Below, one piece after another: positions 41,047 to 55,400 of a stretch of 64,000 nucleotides of DNA. This DNA comes from Kudoa neothunni (lineage: Eukaryota; Animalia; Cnidaria): the NCBI GenBank assembly GCA_964304625.1, contig OZ199839.1:10325287-10389286 (forward strand), written 5' to 3'. Under the pieces are notes generated by a model, which worked only from the letters and a program-made list of their open reading frames with translations, was not told the DNA's origin and did no database searches. The position numbers and the translations under genes are program-made. Numbering within the stretch: the stretch's first letter is position 1; each line of letters opens with the position of its first letter.

Positions 41047-41724
41047 CTATTTAAAAAAATTGCAAATATTCCTCTTTTTCCGAAGTGGTTGTTTATTTTT
41101 GGTATCGGAATCGCAACTGTTACTATTAGCGCCAGTTGGTTGAGCTGCGCCGAAGAATCTATCTTTCAATTTCTCCAATTGTTTCTTTTTGGCGGAAGAA
41201 ACATCAAACAGCTTGCTCGGACAAAGAGTCTTGATGAAAACAAACTTCAATCTTTCCGCTGTTGGCAACTCGGAGGCGTTCGAGGTTAAATCAAGGTTTG
41301 GATTTTCAATTTGAAATTTTGATAAATCCATATTGTTCAACAATAGATCAATATAATTGTTGTAATAGTGATTGCGGAAAATAATCACATTCAATGGAGT
41401 GTTCTCTCGTTTAATTTTGCTGAGGTACAACCATTTTTTTAGACATGTCAATCACAATTTCACTCAATGGATCAATTTCTTTCTTATTCTTGGCTTGATT
41501 TTCCGCCAATTTTGAAGCTTTAGGTAATCTGCGACTTCCATCCACATTGAATCCCATCGCTTTCATCGCCAATGACAATTTGTTATATCTACTGGGATAA
41601 GGAACTGGATCGGAATCAGAAGACTCATCATTAGCCGACCCTTTGTACCCTCTCGGGTAATCAAATTCTTTCAATAGTGTCGTTGGCGTCCGTTTTGGGC
41701 GCGGGCATACAATTTCCCATGTCT
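41047..41724 (-). CDS. Hypothetical protein with a C-terminal PCNA-interacting (PIP-like) motif
   Basis: Two adjacent ORFs (41411..41674 and 41047..41451) can be joined by a ~28-nt GT-AG intron. The product ends KQPLRKKRNICNFFK*. The start is not resolved. Confidence 0.5.
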
Positions 41725-43029
41725 ATTGTAAGATCGGATTTCGGGTCTTGTCGTCAATCATATTTTTCCTGTGTACTGTAGACCTTTAGGGGTATTATTA
41801 AATTTTAATGCGAGCCATGTTGTCGTATGGCACAATTATTATTATATTACACATAATATTATTTTGTTGTTGATAGACGATTAATTTTTGTTAGCAAAGC
41901 CACACGTGAAATGACCGTAAAAATGAACACTGTCTAATCAAAATTTTTGTTATATTTAAAATTAAATAACTATACACATTAGAAAATGGTTCTTATAATG
42001 CGATTATAATAATCTACATCCACCTGATGTAGATGTAGGAGAAATTTATTTAAATGAATAAAAAAGTTTATTTTTACTTTGTATATAAAAATTGGGTGTA
42101 TTTCAACCCTATTCGGCCTGTAAAAACATTTTTTAAACGTAAAAGATTAGTTATTTTATTTTGGCTTCATGCAATATTATTCATGATAGAGATATTTAGA
42201 AAAATATAAAAGAATTCATAGTGACTAAAAAATTGAGTTTAAATTGATCCATAATAATAAATATGATATATTTATTCGTGATTAAGTTAATTTTTATGAA
42301 TAATAATCCATCGAGATAGATTCTATTTAAAGCCTTTTTATGAAAGTTATTAGATTAATTATTTATATATTTTTTAATTAATAATCACTCTAATGTCGAA
42401 TTAAGGTAGCGATATATCAAATAACGCTCTATAATTGTTTGTAATAAAAGTAATTTCAACTGAAAAAATTTATGATACTAAAAATAGTTATATTGCTGTA
42501 ATTAAGCGAAAAAAATAATTAAAAACATATTATGACTTTGAAGAAATTTTCAATATCCTACATAACTTAAGAACGAGCTTTAATAATGATTTATTCTATT
42601 TATTTTGTTGGTTGAAATTAATAAAAAATATATTTATCATTTTAGTTGACATTTTTTCTTGTAATTTATATTTCTCCATTGTGAAATACAGAAACAAGTG
42701 TTTATGATGCATTATATGCAATATAACTATTAGAATCTTTGTGTATCGTCTGGGATTCCGTAATTTTAATTCGGTGAAATATAAATTGATTGAGTATAAG
42801 TATTTAGCAAATAATTGTTCTACTGCAAATTTATTAAAATTAACAATAGGACCTATCAATAATTATTAAAAATAGTCAGAAATAATGACTATTAATATTT
42901 GTATTGAGCATATAATTGTAGTTAAAGCACCGTGTGTTTATTAATTATTGATATCGACATGTATGTGCTACGAATTATTTGTATAGAAGCGTTAAATGTA
43001 TGTCCCGGCAGTTTTGCAAGTATGGATAC

Positions 43030-43127
43030 TGTCATAATCCGAGAATCACGATCCCTCACAATAAAGAGGGAAGTCGTTCCTGGGTGGGCGACCCGGTGGA
43101 GACCGACGCGGGGGCCCACGCTACACA
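43030..43127 (+). mobile_element. Possible very short solo LTR
   Basis: 98-bp GC-rich island starting TGT and ending ACA, with an internal AATAAA. Flanked by GATAC/GATAT (5-bp TSD with one mismatch). Confidence 0.3.
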
Positions 43128-43639
43128 GATATACATAGACACGACTAAACTGGGAGGAATACCATCACTACCTTTAGTCTATTTTATTCCAGTTCTCTTT
43201 CTTTTGCGCGGCCTTAATCCCAAACTATAACAGATACCAAAATATTTAAACGACTTAGGCTTCCTCAAAATAAAATCCTTAATGTAATCATACTAACTAT
43301 TAGATATGCAAATAAATTAAAAAAAAGTTCGTAAATACGTAAGGGGATGTAGCATTTAAAAATGTAAATATATATCTAAGCAATGCACATTTTATAATGT
43401 TTTTATTTTACTTTTGAAGAAATTAAAACAACATGAGTTTTTCAAACACTGCTTTCTATGAAAACTCAGAGTAACTGCATTCGAGGCTATATTTACTATT
43501 TCCGAAACAGTCCATTAATTTCTACAGAACAACGCCTAGTTGGGCCTATGTTTGATCATCATCTATTAATTTTTTATGAAACCTAGTAGAATAAATTAGA
43601 TATTTATTTCATTTAGGTATCTTCGAAATCTTTAGTGCC

Positions 43640-43883
43640 GAAATTGATGCGCTGATTTCGTCACATTGGTCCGACACAATAAGTTCATCTTGGTCTTGTA
43701 CTTGCATTTTAAGCTACTGGAGAGAGTTAGATTTTGTTGTTTGTACTTATAAATGTCTTTAAATAATATCGCGTTAGTTTCGTAATAATTGATGGGGATT
43801 AACACCGATTTAAAAAGGGGGTCCCAAATGGACCCCCACCGGCACACGCGTAATTTTTTCGCACCCAATACGGAGAGGGTTAA
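43640..43883 (-). mobile_element. piggyBac terminal fragment
   Basis: TTAA|CCCTCTCCG terminus at 43883 with a subterminal palindrome GGGGTC...GACCCC. A short acidic peptide remnant (MQVQDQDELIVSDQCDEIS) follows. Confidence 0.5.
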
Positions 43884-44329
43884 AGGAAAGTATAAAAACG
43901 CCACAAACCAAACCCTTCACAATTATATTATCGATTAAATGTTCCAAAGAAGGTGTTATCGTAAAGGACTATCAACTGAATTTAAATATATACTAGTTCC
44001 TGGCGATAAAAATTGATTTCTCGCCATATTAACAGGTGTTTCATTTTTCCCCCATTGGATATTGGATGCAGGCCAGTGTAATTTACTCAGAAAAGTTTGT
44101 CTATCAATAGTTAACTATTTGTTATATGTATTCATAAAATTAAAGATTTAATAATAGAGATATTTATTTGTTATTCTCATCGGATGAAATAACCAGTCCG
44201 CACATGAATATATGGAGACACGGAGCACATGGAGATTAAACAGATCCGTTTGAAATAGCACACACTGACTTATTTTAGTATAAGTAAAGTTGTGGGAAAA
44301 ATTGGAGTAAGTTAACCATAATTTTATAT

Positions 44330-46390
44330 ATAATAAAATATATAATTAGTTGGTAAATAATTGAAACTAGCTGACAGTTTTTGTGGTGGTATATCGTGAG
44401 GATTGCATGTTTGTTGTTTGGTTTCTCTGTGAGCTTCTACCCAATGACGACACCAGCTCACTACGCAATTTTTTTGTTTGCGAATACCAGTATTAAAAAT
44501 ATGAGCAGCCCTTGTGACGAATTAATCACAATGAATATGATGGAGAAAATATTTCGGTATTCGTTATCAGTGATGGTATATTGAAGTAACAAAGGAAGGC
44601 CAAGTATCACCGATAAAATAAGCACTCGTTTGCATGTGTTTGTAACTTTTGATCTTTTCTTCATTTGTATATCTTCTGAATTTCTGAGTTTAAACATGAC
44701 GCACATTGTGATAATCGTGTTGATTCCCAATACTATTCCTCCCGGAATGTTAAGGGTGTAAAGTTTCACCCAACCGTATGGAATACAACTATAGCAAATG
44801 TTATGATCAAACAAGATCAGCGACCGATCGTATTACTTGTTGTTATGAGTGTAGTTGTGTTGTGAGAAATAAACACAGAATCCCACCACAATTGCTGGTA
44901 TTGCTAAATCAAACGCATGTAAACAATCAAAACTAAACAATATAATTCCAAAACAACTACTTACACCATCCACACAGAAACATTGATTGGAAATGAATCA
45001 GTTCACGACTGTAAAACACCAAGACAAGTTTTGTGTACATAATTATTGATACAAAAAGTATCCATAAATAATGGCACAGAATGCCGTAATGAGTAATGGA
45101 TGACATTACCAAACATGTGTAATAGTGATTTTTGGAGTAATTACCCATCACATAAGATAGCTGTAGAATGAGCAATGCAACGCAAAAGTTAATTTGTGAT
45201 CTGAGTGCGAGATTGCACTTATTCCTCCTAAAAACCAATACGATAGTCAAACAATCATCTTCGAGTGATTTGAGGCATAAATAAAATTACTCTAACGAGC
45301 GCATAAATGTTATCACGCATAAAAATAGTGAAAATATTGAGACAGAGACCAACACAAGCGATATCTCTCGTTCGTGATATGAGTTAGACTGTTGGTTGTC
45401 ATCTGTGGATATATCGAAGAGCATCGCGTAGCTAGTGGTATGGTTGCAGCTACAAGTGACATTATATGAGAGGCTGACTTTCTTTATAGTTAAGGGACAC
45501 AATATCTTGTTTCCCAAACGTAGCCATTTGCCTAGAAATTAGAACAGTAAATCAGACGGTTGAAAATAAAAATAACGAAAAGTACGGTTCAGAGTGTAAC
45601 ACTTAATGGAATTGATTTGGTAAGGTTCAGCCTTCACCAATTGACTGTAGGTGATATTCATATGCTTGGTGTGATTGTTTTGTATTTTCAGCACCAAGAT
45701 GTTTCCAACAAATGTTTTATTGTTGGTTGTTTCTCGTTTCTGACTGTTGGTGACGGCTAACATTATTTTCTCGAGGTCATTGTTGTTGGTGTTGGGTAGG
45801 GGTGGGTCGGCTATGTCTGTTAGATTGATGAAAAGATTAAGTTTTGAATTTTCTAATTTTGCAGCGTTGAGTTTTTTTTGTTGATCACCATTTGTTAGTC
45901 CTGAATTCAGGATTTTGGGGCTGGCGGAATAAGGATTAACGGCATTCATTTCGTAATAAAGAGTATTGGTTGATTTGGACAACTCAAACTTTTTTATATT
46001 GATATGTTCCTTTTTGATTTCGTTTTCGACATCCAACTTTAGCAACACTTCATCTAATATATTTATTTTTTGGAGATATTTCCTTGATAGCAATAAAATT
46101 AATAAAAAATTAAAATTATGAACAATATATTAATAAAGATACCGTTTTTGATCCGATCTCATTACTTTGGTAGTATTTTTTACGTCGCCGTTTGTTTGGG
46201 GCTGGGTTTCATCGACAATGCTGCCAGACTCACTTTTCAGCCACGAATCAATAAACACTTCTGCATTCTGTACAGGGATAGTCACATGTACAAATAGTAA
46301 TAAAAATTAATAACTTTATTTAATGTGTCCAGTATTTCTGAATCTATGCTTGATGTTGGATTCACTAGAATATCATTCCAATCAATATCT
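44330..46390 (-). CDS. Adhesion GPCR: GAIN/GPS domain and secretin-like 7TM exons
   Basis: GPS C.......W.....C..........VTCSCNHTTSYAMLF; TM1 ISLVLVSVSIFSLFLCVITF; TM2 QINFCVALLILQLSYV; TM3 HYGILCHYLWILFVSIIMYTKLVLVF; TM7 FIVINSSQGLLIFL (NS.QG motif). The stop position is uncertain. Confidence 0.93.
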
Positions 46391-46459
46391 AAAAAATATG
46401 GATTGTTAATGCATTTTTATATATTGAAGCAACTCCAAGCGAAATTGCGACCCTACCAA

Positions 46460-49400
46460 GTTTTATTCTAATGGGGGATTTGTCAATCAAACATGTTGAT
46501 TTGTATTTCAAGGAATATTTTTAAGCTTTTTCACTTTACCAACCAAAAGCGTACACTTTTTCTCCACACAACTAATATCCGCTATTCTTTTTTCAATGGA
46601 AAGTTTTCTACTTTATCATTCATTTTAATCAACTCCCACTCCATATCCAAGTTGCTGTAGTTGCTTTCGAGAATAAAGTCTAAATATAACTCTCCATCAA
46701 GGTATCTTGCTTGAAGAGCAAAATCAGTTGGAACTATTAAATGATTACATTTTAAAATGGATTTTATTTATCTTTTCAAACAAAGTATACCTTTTTTAAT
46801 TTGATAAACTTTGCTGCTACTACGTAGAGATTCAGAGTCGATCTCTAAGGCATGATTTTTAGAGTGATCATAGTTGTCGATTTGAAAATTGCAATGAAGA
46901 CCATCACAATCCACATAAATATTCTCCGTGATCCAATCTTCACCAAACGATAAATTCATATTATCATCTAACCGTTTGAAAGTAATTGTCAGGCCTATAG
47001 ATTCCAGAGGTTCTCGCAAAGTTATATATATTTTTAAAGCTTGATCACTAATTTCGTGACTTATGTTGTAGGTGGTTCGCTCTATAGGTTTATTTATTTA
47101 AAAATAAAACTCCATACGAACAACTAATTTTATTACTTGTAGAAGGTATCATATAATTTGTTGGGTTTATAACCACCTCAGAATTCCATTCAAAGATGTA
47201 CGACTTTAATCCATTTATTTCCCCAATTTCAATATTGCATATTCTGCTGTTACATTCGACAAAGTTCCCTAAATTTCGATCTGTACACGGTGATGTTGGA
47301 TATTTTTTCTTTCAACATCCACTCAATATCCATTTTAGGATGTGCTATAGTTGTTAATGTTATCTTTATTGCCAGATTTTTATTGTTGACGCTGTGATTT
47401 ATATTGTAATTGGTTTGATCTAATCAATAATTTTATTATTTTTTATTTATTGCCGTATTTTTATTCTAGCTATTGAATACGTATAATACATAAATCAATT
47501 TTATACGTAAAATAAGATGAACTATGTCAAATTGCGAGTGGGAAATTAATTAGAAAAAAATATTCATTTCGAGTAATTGTAAATTTCTAATTGATTAAAC
47601 ATAAAACATATATTTTAATTATTCATTACGCTTTTTTTTTCAGCACCGTCAAAGTTAGGCTCAGATTAATTTTATGACTTTATAATTATTAATAAATTAT
47701 AAAACACCATTTTAAATGAGTTTACCGAAACATTAGAAAATATGATGCCAACAAAATTTCTAAAACTATAGCGGAAATCTTGAGCGAGGTAATCGCATCC
47801 AAACAAATAATGTTATCTGACTATTGGCATAGTTAATGTGTAGTAAAATTAAAGATAAATATATCTTTAATTTTGACACAGATTTAGACTATATTATATT
47901 TTTATACATTGTATTTCACCTTGAAAAAATTAAACTATTCATTATAGATAATTTCTGCCATATAATTTGGTTACATCAGCATTTGTATAATTTACGTATC
48001 TTTTATCAAATAATGACGATCACGTGATTTCAATGATTTTTTATTCATAAATATTAAATTCTACAGTGCTTTTTATTTTCATATCATCGTACCATACTTT
48101 TCCACCAAAATTTAAATTTCGTTTATTCATAAAAATTAACAGATCTATAAAATTAACACCCCAAAATGAAGTTTAATCCTAAGAAATGATATTATGGAAA
48201 ATAATCCCAAATATTTTGTTTTTGCTAGCATTTATAACGAAAACGTGTGAGGTATGAAGGTAATTATAAATATTACTCGTTTAGGATGGAACTCGTATAT
48301 TTATTTTTTAATTTAAATATTAGAATAGAGTAGCGATATAATTCACGTTTTTAATATCGAAAATATGAACAAGAACATCAAATCGAATTTTATATTTTAT
48401 TTGAGAATCTTTAAACTCAATTATATTAAAATACCATTAAGAAAGTAAATTGAATAATTCGATTTAATCGGACTGATTATATTTTTCCATTGACATTTAA
48501 TAATTTTTTACTTCTAAATTTTTTACCATCAAATTATCAAATTTATGTTCATTTAAAAAAAATGATTATTGTGTATTTTTAATATTTTTAAAAATTTTTG
48601 GTCGTGTCAACTCAGATTAAAAAATTAACTGCGCGTGCGCATGTCGCATGTGTTATTGTTTTTGCTATTTGTCCAAATAAGAATAATCTTTAGCTAGTGC
48701 GTGTAATAAAAAATACCCCGAACAATGGTGATATCTGACACCCCTTGAAATAACGGGCTACGAAATTGCAGCAAATGGTCAACTGTCTTATCATAATCAT
48801 TTAGCAGGAGAGAGCATACTAAATTTGAACAATTTAACACTGTTTCAATTTCTATTGGCTCTGAGTCGTCATAGATTTTGTATTCTTTTTGTAGCGAATA
48901 GACGAGAGGTAATGATGTGTATTGGGCGTCGAGGGTAAACTTGAAACCAACTGCATTCTCAGTTGAAATTTTGTAATCTCTGCTGATTCGGTAGTTTACT
49001 TTTGCTAACAGTATATGAGATAACAATTTACAAATCACATAGGTTGAATGAGCGGTTTAGGGGTGACTGGAATTAATCCGAGGCGCGTGTCGTGCTTAGT
49101 AAACGACATGGTCACAACTCGCCCATAACTTTGTTTCTAACATGAATATAATAGCCAATTATTAATTCAATATTATTTTTTAAATTATATTAAGTTGCTA
49201 AATATTATTTATTTGGTCATGTTTTCTCAAATTTATATTCGAATTAATTACGTAAAATGGGGTTGACTTCAGTCTAAAATAAAAATGGAAATAAAAGTTC
49301 AAAATTAATAGGAGTTTACAATAACCTATCTATTGTATATTAAAATTAGATATTCCAATGATTTGAATAATTAAAATTGAATTTTATTTGTTAAATTAAT

Positions 49401-52400
49401 TAACGTAGGAATATGAATTAGAGAGTACATTTTGATTAAAGTGTTTGTGATATTTAAAAAAAACGCAGATCTAACAATATTTTATTGCTCTATTTTTTGA
49501 TATAAATGTTTAATATGATATTATTAAAATCGAATTTTAAAAATAGTTTTACTAATTAGAAAATAAAAAATTTAAATTTGTAGAATAAGAATCTTGCAAA
49601 TATTAGATTCAATTAATATATTAAAAAATACATTTAATGACATTAATTATTTTTTATCATTTTAATAGACCTTCAATAGATCAAAAATAAAAGTCTAGAT
49701 TAATTTTTATAACACTAAAACAGAGAATTATTAATAGACTTCTTCTGTTCAGATTTAATGTTGATTCAATAATTTGAACACGCTCTTACACATAGAACAA
49801 CGATAGGGGGTAAAGATATAACAATTTATGATATATCTTTAAATATACCGACCTAAAATAATCCAAGCTGATTTTAATCTAGGTCTATTAAAATGCATAA
49901 CAATCCAACAATGATGGTTTTCATAAGATGATAACACAAAAAAAGTCAATTTAAATTATTAAGAGATTGCAATGTTTATTCGCTGGGAAACGCTATATTT
50001 GTTGATGGTATCTGTGTGCGTAGTTGTCCACTCCAACTGAATACGTCGACATGCTGTTGGTGTTTATTGACCACAAATGTGCATTCGGATGAATGGCATT
50101 CATTATCCATATCATCCTTGTAACTATGAGGCTCCGAGCTTGTCTCGCTACCACATAAAAACAATTTCCATTTTGAAATTGTTTATGCTTGTGTGTTTTG
50201 GCAAAAGTGAACAGTGAAGCTAATTGAGTTTATTTTGATGAGAAATGGGTCACGTACCATTTTTTATCAACTAAAAAGGAGGTCAATTATAATAGAAAAA
50301 ACTCCATAAAAAGCTACTTTTGGGTATCCTTAAGGGTTCCTGTTTCCAACAACAAATTCCGAGAATATATTCAACACATAATCATGGAAAAGGGGTCGTT
50401 AATTTGGGATTATAAATTCGCAATTCCTGCTCATACAGCTTATTTCTTTTGATTTTTTATTTATGTGATAGTTTGAGTGGAGTCTTGTCCAAATTCCCAT
50501 TCTGATCGAAATTTTTTTTATATGCGATCTTCAATCTAAGTCTAACAATAAGCGTATTTTGATTGATTTCGGTAAGCGGCTTCATAATTGGGATAACTCT
50601 AAGTTAAGGAAATTTAATAGATACCGCGTTTTATGACCAACTACTTAAATGATATTGCTAATGGTTCCGAGTTTCTTAGTATTGGGAGAGAATTCCAATA
50701 GAAACAAATTAAATCTTTGTTTTTATCCACTCCTTCAATTTTCGAAATTGCAAATTTTTCCTTTGCACACGCATTTTTTGTGGCTGGTTAGATTGTTTGA
50801 GAATAAATTTAGTGTTTGGTTTCCACCAGGAACCACTCAGTCAATGTCATATCGTAGTAGTAGGCTACTGGAAAGAGGCAAAAGATGAGGATAAGGTTTA
50901 CCATAGGCCATATTTTTGTTTCAATGTGAAATCAGATTTTACTAAAAAGATATATAAATAAAGTTCACATTTACGTTAGTAATCAGTGACTATTTTGCCC
51001 GGGATATTTAAATTTTTCAAATGATTTTTACTCGTGAGATATCTACATAAAATTAACTGTAATTTTCCATTTTCATTTATCGATAATCCCTCAAAAAGTT
51101 TTTACACGGAAGACTTCAAACGATCATATAGATATAGATAGATATTCCCAATTTATAATGGCATTATTACATTAATTTTATATATAAAATAAGCAATACG
51201 TAATCCTGTGAAAATATGTATATTATAAGGATTTTCATTATGTCAAATTTCGTACATTTATTGTGATAAATTTTTTACTTATTTTATTGTTTTCTAATAT
51301 TAAATAAAATTTATAATGTTAATGGCTTAATCATACAATATTTTCACAAATTTATTTACTTTAAATAAATAAATAAATAAATAAATAATAACTAGAGTTT
51401 AATAAAAATCTTGTATTTCCTAGTTATTTTATTTGTATACCTTTTACTTTTATTGAATGTACATTCACAGTTATATGAGCAATAAGGTGTTCTTGCATCT
51501 AAAATAAAACTGGGAAAATCCTCTTAATACTCATTATAAGTGAACGTCAGACCCATTTTTATAGAATTATCAGCTAACAAAAATTACATTTCAATCTCAT
51601 CATTTTAATTAATCAAAATTTATTTGTATAGCGATTAATTATTCAACAAATTAATTAAGAAATTTAAGAGAATTAAGCTAATAAAAAAAACCAAATTTAG
51701 ATCCTTCAATTTTTTTTAAATTAAAAAAAAGGGCACTTCAACTAAAAACTAAAATGTATTTTAGATCAATATTTTTTTTTCAAATAATCTTAAGACTTGA
51801 ACGGGTCAAACAACAATGAAATTTTCTTATATATGATGCTATAAGTTACCTATTTAACCTTTTCCGCGCTCTGTGCAAAAATCTTACGCGTAAACCGAAC
51901 CATCATGGTATACGACAGATATTCCACGAAAAGTCTATCCTAATACGTCCAAAAGAATTCAATTAACAAATAAATTAAAGAAACTTAAATAAAAATGTCT
52001 AATTTAGTTTAGATGGAAACATTTCTAATTCTCTTAGTACGTAAACCAGAATTATTGTCTAGGAAATGAACTTCAACTATGTGACAAAAAAAAGTAATTC
52101 ATTGGCATGAATTTTCTCTAAATCAACGCTTTCATGCTTTGATTTAGGAAAAGAATTGACAACTACTGATGAATCAGGAAGGTGAACATTAATGTTCGCC
52201 TAAATTCTTATTATTAGTTTCGAGATATGGACTCAATCTGTATCCAAAAATAGAAATTAGTAGTAAGTAACTCCTATTCGGCTTGTGGATATCACCAAAG
52301 GAAAAAGTTGTTGACATCCATTATTGTGCTAAATTTTTCTTTATTTTACTAAAGATAAGTATCTGAAAACTTCAAGAAGAAGAAATCCGCGCTAAACTCC

Positions 52401-55400
52401 AACGAATTATCACAGCGTTAATATGTCGGATTAGTATAACGTTAACGGACTAATTTAAGTGAACATTTAACTAATTTTATTGATGTTTAACCTTATTTAT
52501 ATCCAAAGTAATTTAATTATTTCAATAATACACGTATTGAAAATTTATTGAGCGAATATATGAAATACTTGTACATAATTTAAAAAATGACTATATTATA
52601 TGACCTGGGAATTTTCAATTTTCCATTTTAGAAATTAAAATTATTTTATCTATAAAAATAGATTGTTTATTTTTCAAATAATATAAGAAATTTCTGCCAA
52701 CGATACAAAACGGGGGTTTTACGAGAAAATGGCTATTTTGAGTTAATATGGGAAAACCCTACTCAGGCTATAAATGGTTAATATGTTAATGTCTCAGCGG
52801 TTTTTAGAGTTTTGTTCTTAATTAACGAAACTATCCATTTATGATAGTCAAAGCTAATCATAATAGATTTAATCTCCCTAAACATGGCAAATAGTCACTT
52901 TCTGAAGTACATACCGCGTTCTATTCTAACCGGATCGAGTTCAATTTGTTCGGAGTCCACTGTAAACAATCCGTCATAAAGTGGAACATGATTTTGTAGT
53001 TGGAAATCGCAAAAATTTGCTTCACACAAACAACTTAGAATCACCCCTTAATTTGTGTTGTGTGGGATGATCTAAATATTTCAAATTCCATCGAAAGTAA
53101 ATTTCTTTGTAAGGGAGCTCGAGATTGAATCTAAAAATAATCGTGCTCGTCTGTATTTGGTAAGTTGCATTGGATTTGCTTTGAACTACATTGAAATTTA
53201 ATTTTTTACAACATACCTAGACGTAGAGTACCTTGTGGAATATGATAGGTGGTGAAAGGCTGAAGAAGTTGCGGTGATTCCCACACCAAATTTTGATTTT
53301 TTAATCGATCCATATTTTTAAGAATCAACACACAAACTCTTTCAATGCACTCTATCCATTGAGAATTGACACCGTGTACTGCAGATTCCCCATCAATGCC
53401 ACTGGCATTTGGTGAAGTTTCTTCAATACGGTTATCTTCAACTATTAATCTCCATTTTATATAAATTTGTTCGTATGATTCGGGTTAGCTCAAAAAGAAT
53501 ATTTGTACTATCATCTTCACATGTGTGTTGTATGTTATACACACTTTTAACTAAATAAATGTAAAGTGAAACAAAATAATGGCTTGAAAATAGAGAATAG
53601 AAAAATTACCATTATGAATGATGGTGGTTGTGTTTTTGTGTAAATTATTTGAGCCTATTTCCAGATAATAGCTGTGGAATTTACTTATTTCTTTGATTGT
53701 AAAAGTATCGCAACGATAATTCGAACAATCTAGAGTAGTGTGTGAGGATACTACTTTGTTAATATTGTCAAGCTCAGGATAATTTCCATTCAAAGGTAGC
53801 TTAGTTGAATCCAATCCATACACTGAATAACGCACTGTCAAGTGCGATATATCCTCAAATAGCATTAGGTTGATTTCTATTGATTTTTTGTTTATTCTTG
53901 TAACCTTCACAGCAAAGAGTTGTTCCCCTACAATGGTGAAAATCGTTATTCAACTTGAAATCAACGAAAAATGATGCATCAACCTCTTTGTATAACCAGT
54001 GGGGTACGAGAAACTATCAAAGGAGAGCTATAATAAAGGAACCAACTATTAAGAAGGGGCGTAGAATTTATATCAAATTTTATATCACATATTTCGTTGT
54101 TGCATTCAAGCAACTGTCCTCCTGCTGATACAAAAGATTTGTTGGTTAGAGATAGCGACGAGTAAAGTTGCCATTTTAGATCCATATTTGTTCTCAATCC
54201 GTGAACGATAAAAACCACGGTAATAAGGTTCTTTGAAACACTATAGCCGATATCGTAAGCTAGTTTTTCTATTTATAACTTTATAACAACCATTCGATTC
54301 AATAAATAAAATCACCATATGATACCAATACACTGTGGTTGTTTGGAAGTAGGTTTGGGCTGTTGACCTCAACAATATATTTTCTTTTCATTGACCCCAT
54401 AGTGACAGAATAATTACAGACTTTATCCAGACAATTTATTGTAGTTTTCAACTTTGCGCGACATATAAGCTTTTGTGACAGTTACTCGGCTAATAGTGAG
54501 ATTCACTGAAAGCGTTGGAATCTCCCTCTCAAGCACTATCCTTATATTGATATTCGGTTCGCGATATAATGCAGTAATAGAAAATCTTGATTCCACTAAA
54601 TTTTTTAAAATTAAATCAATATAGATTTCTAGCAAAAATATGAGACAGATATGTTGAGATGATGGTGAATAGGCATTATTAATTTGATATTAGTCTTCAT
54701 GACATGTTAAATGATATTTTATATACAGAGATTCAACAAGTTCTGCCTATCAAAATCTATTGTCATTTTAACATTAAATCTAAAGTTCATACAAGTTTAT
54801 ACTAAAATATTATACTGACACGAAAAATTATACATCGTGATGTATGGGACGAGCGCCACTTTTTAATATATGGTTATAACTACATAATTTTATATAATTT
54901 TAGTTTTATAGGATTTAATTGATCTAATATCACTTTTATGTAACAATATTTTTTTTATTCTAAATTATATATGAAATCCTGACGGAATTATCTAGCGCAA
55001 CGAATTGTTTGTCATTTATACAAAATTACGACTTGAGTTTATTTTTTTAGAAATCACGTGACGTTGTTAACAAGTTAGAATATTAAGAAATAGCCTAGGC
55101 GTTGTATTTAAAACAATAAAAAATCACGTTACAAAGATAGAAAATTTAGTCTAATTTCTACTACGAAGGAAAAATATGTTATGGCGCTATCATAATTTTA
55201 TCGAAATGAATCAATAACCATAAAGTGTTATATGTTTTCTCTAGCTGATTAAAAATTTGATAACTGGATAGAAGATATGAGAGTCATTATTTTGGAATTT
55301 TCTGGGAAGATATATTTAAGGTCTGTGGTGTTTTTAGATACATTGGATGAATCGAATTAAACTCTCTAGTGATTAATCACGTGGCATTAATAATTGATTT

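Noticed and set aside
51855-52445. TTAA-bounded piggyBac-like relic in a GPCR intron
   Set aside because: The termini do not match each other and no transposase motif is readable.
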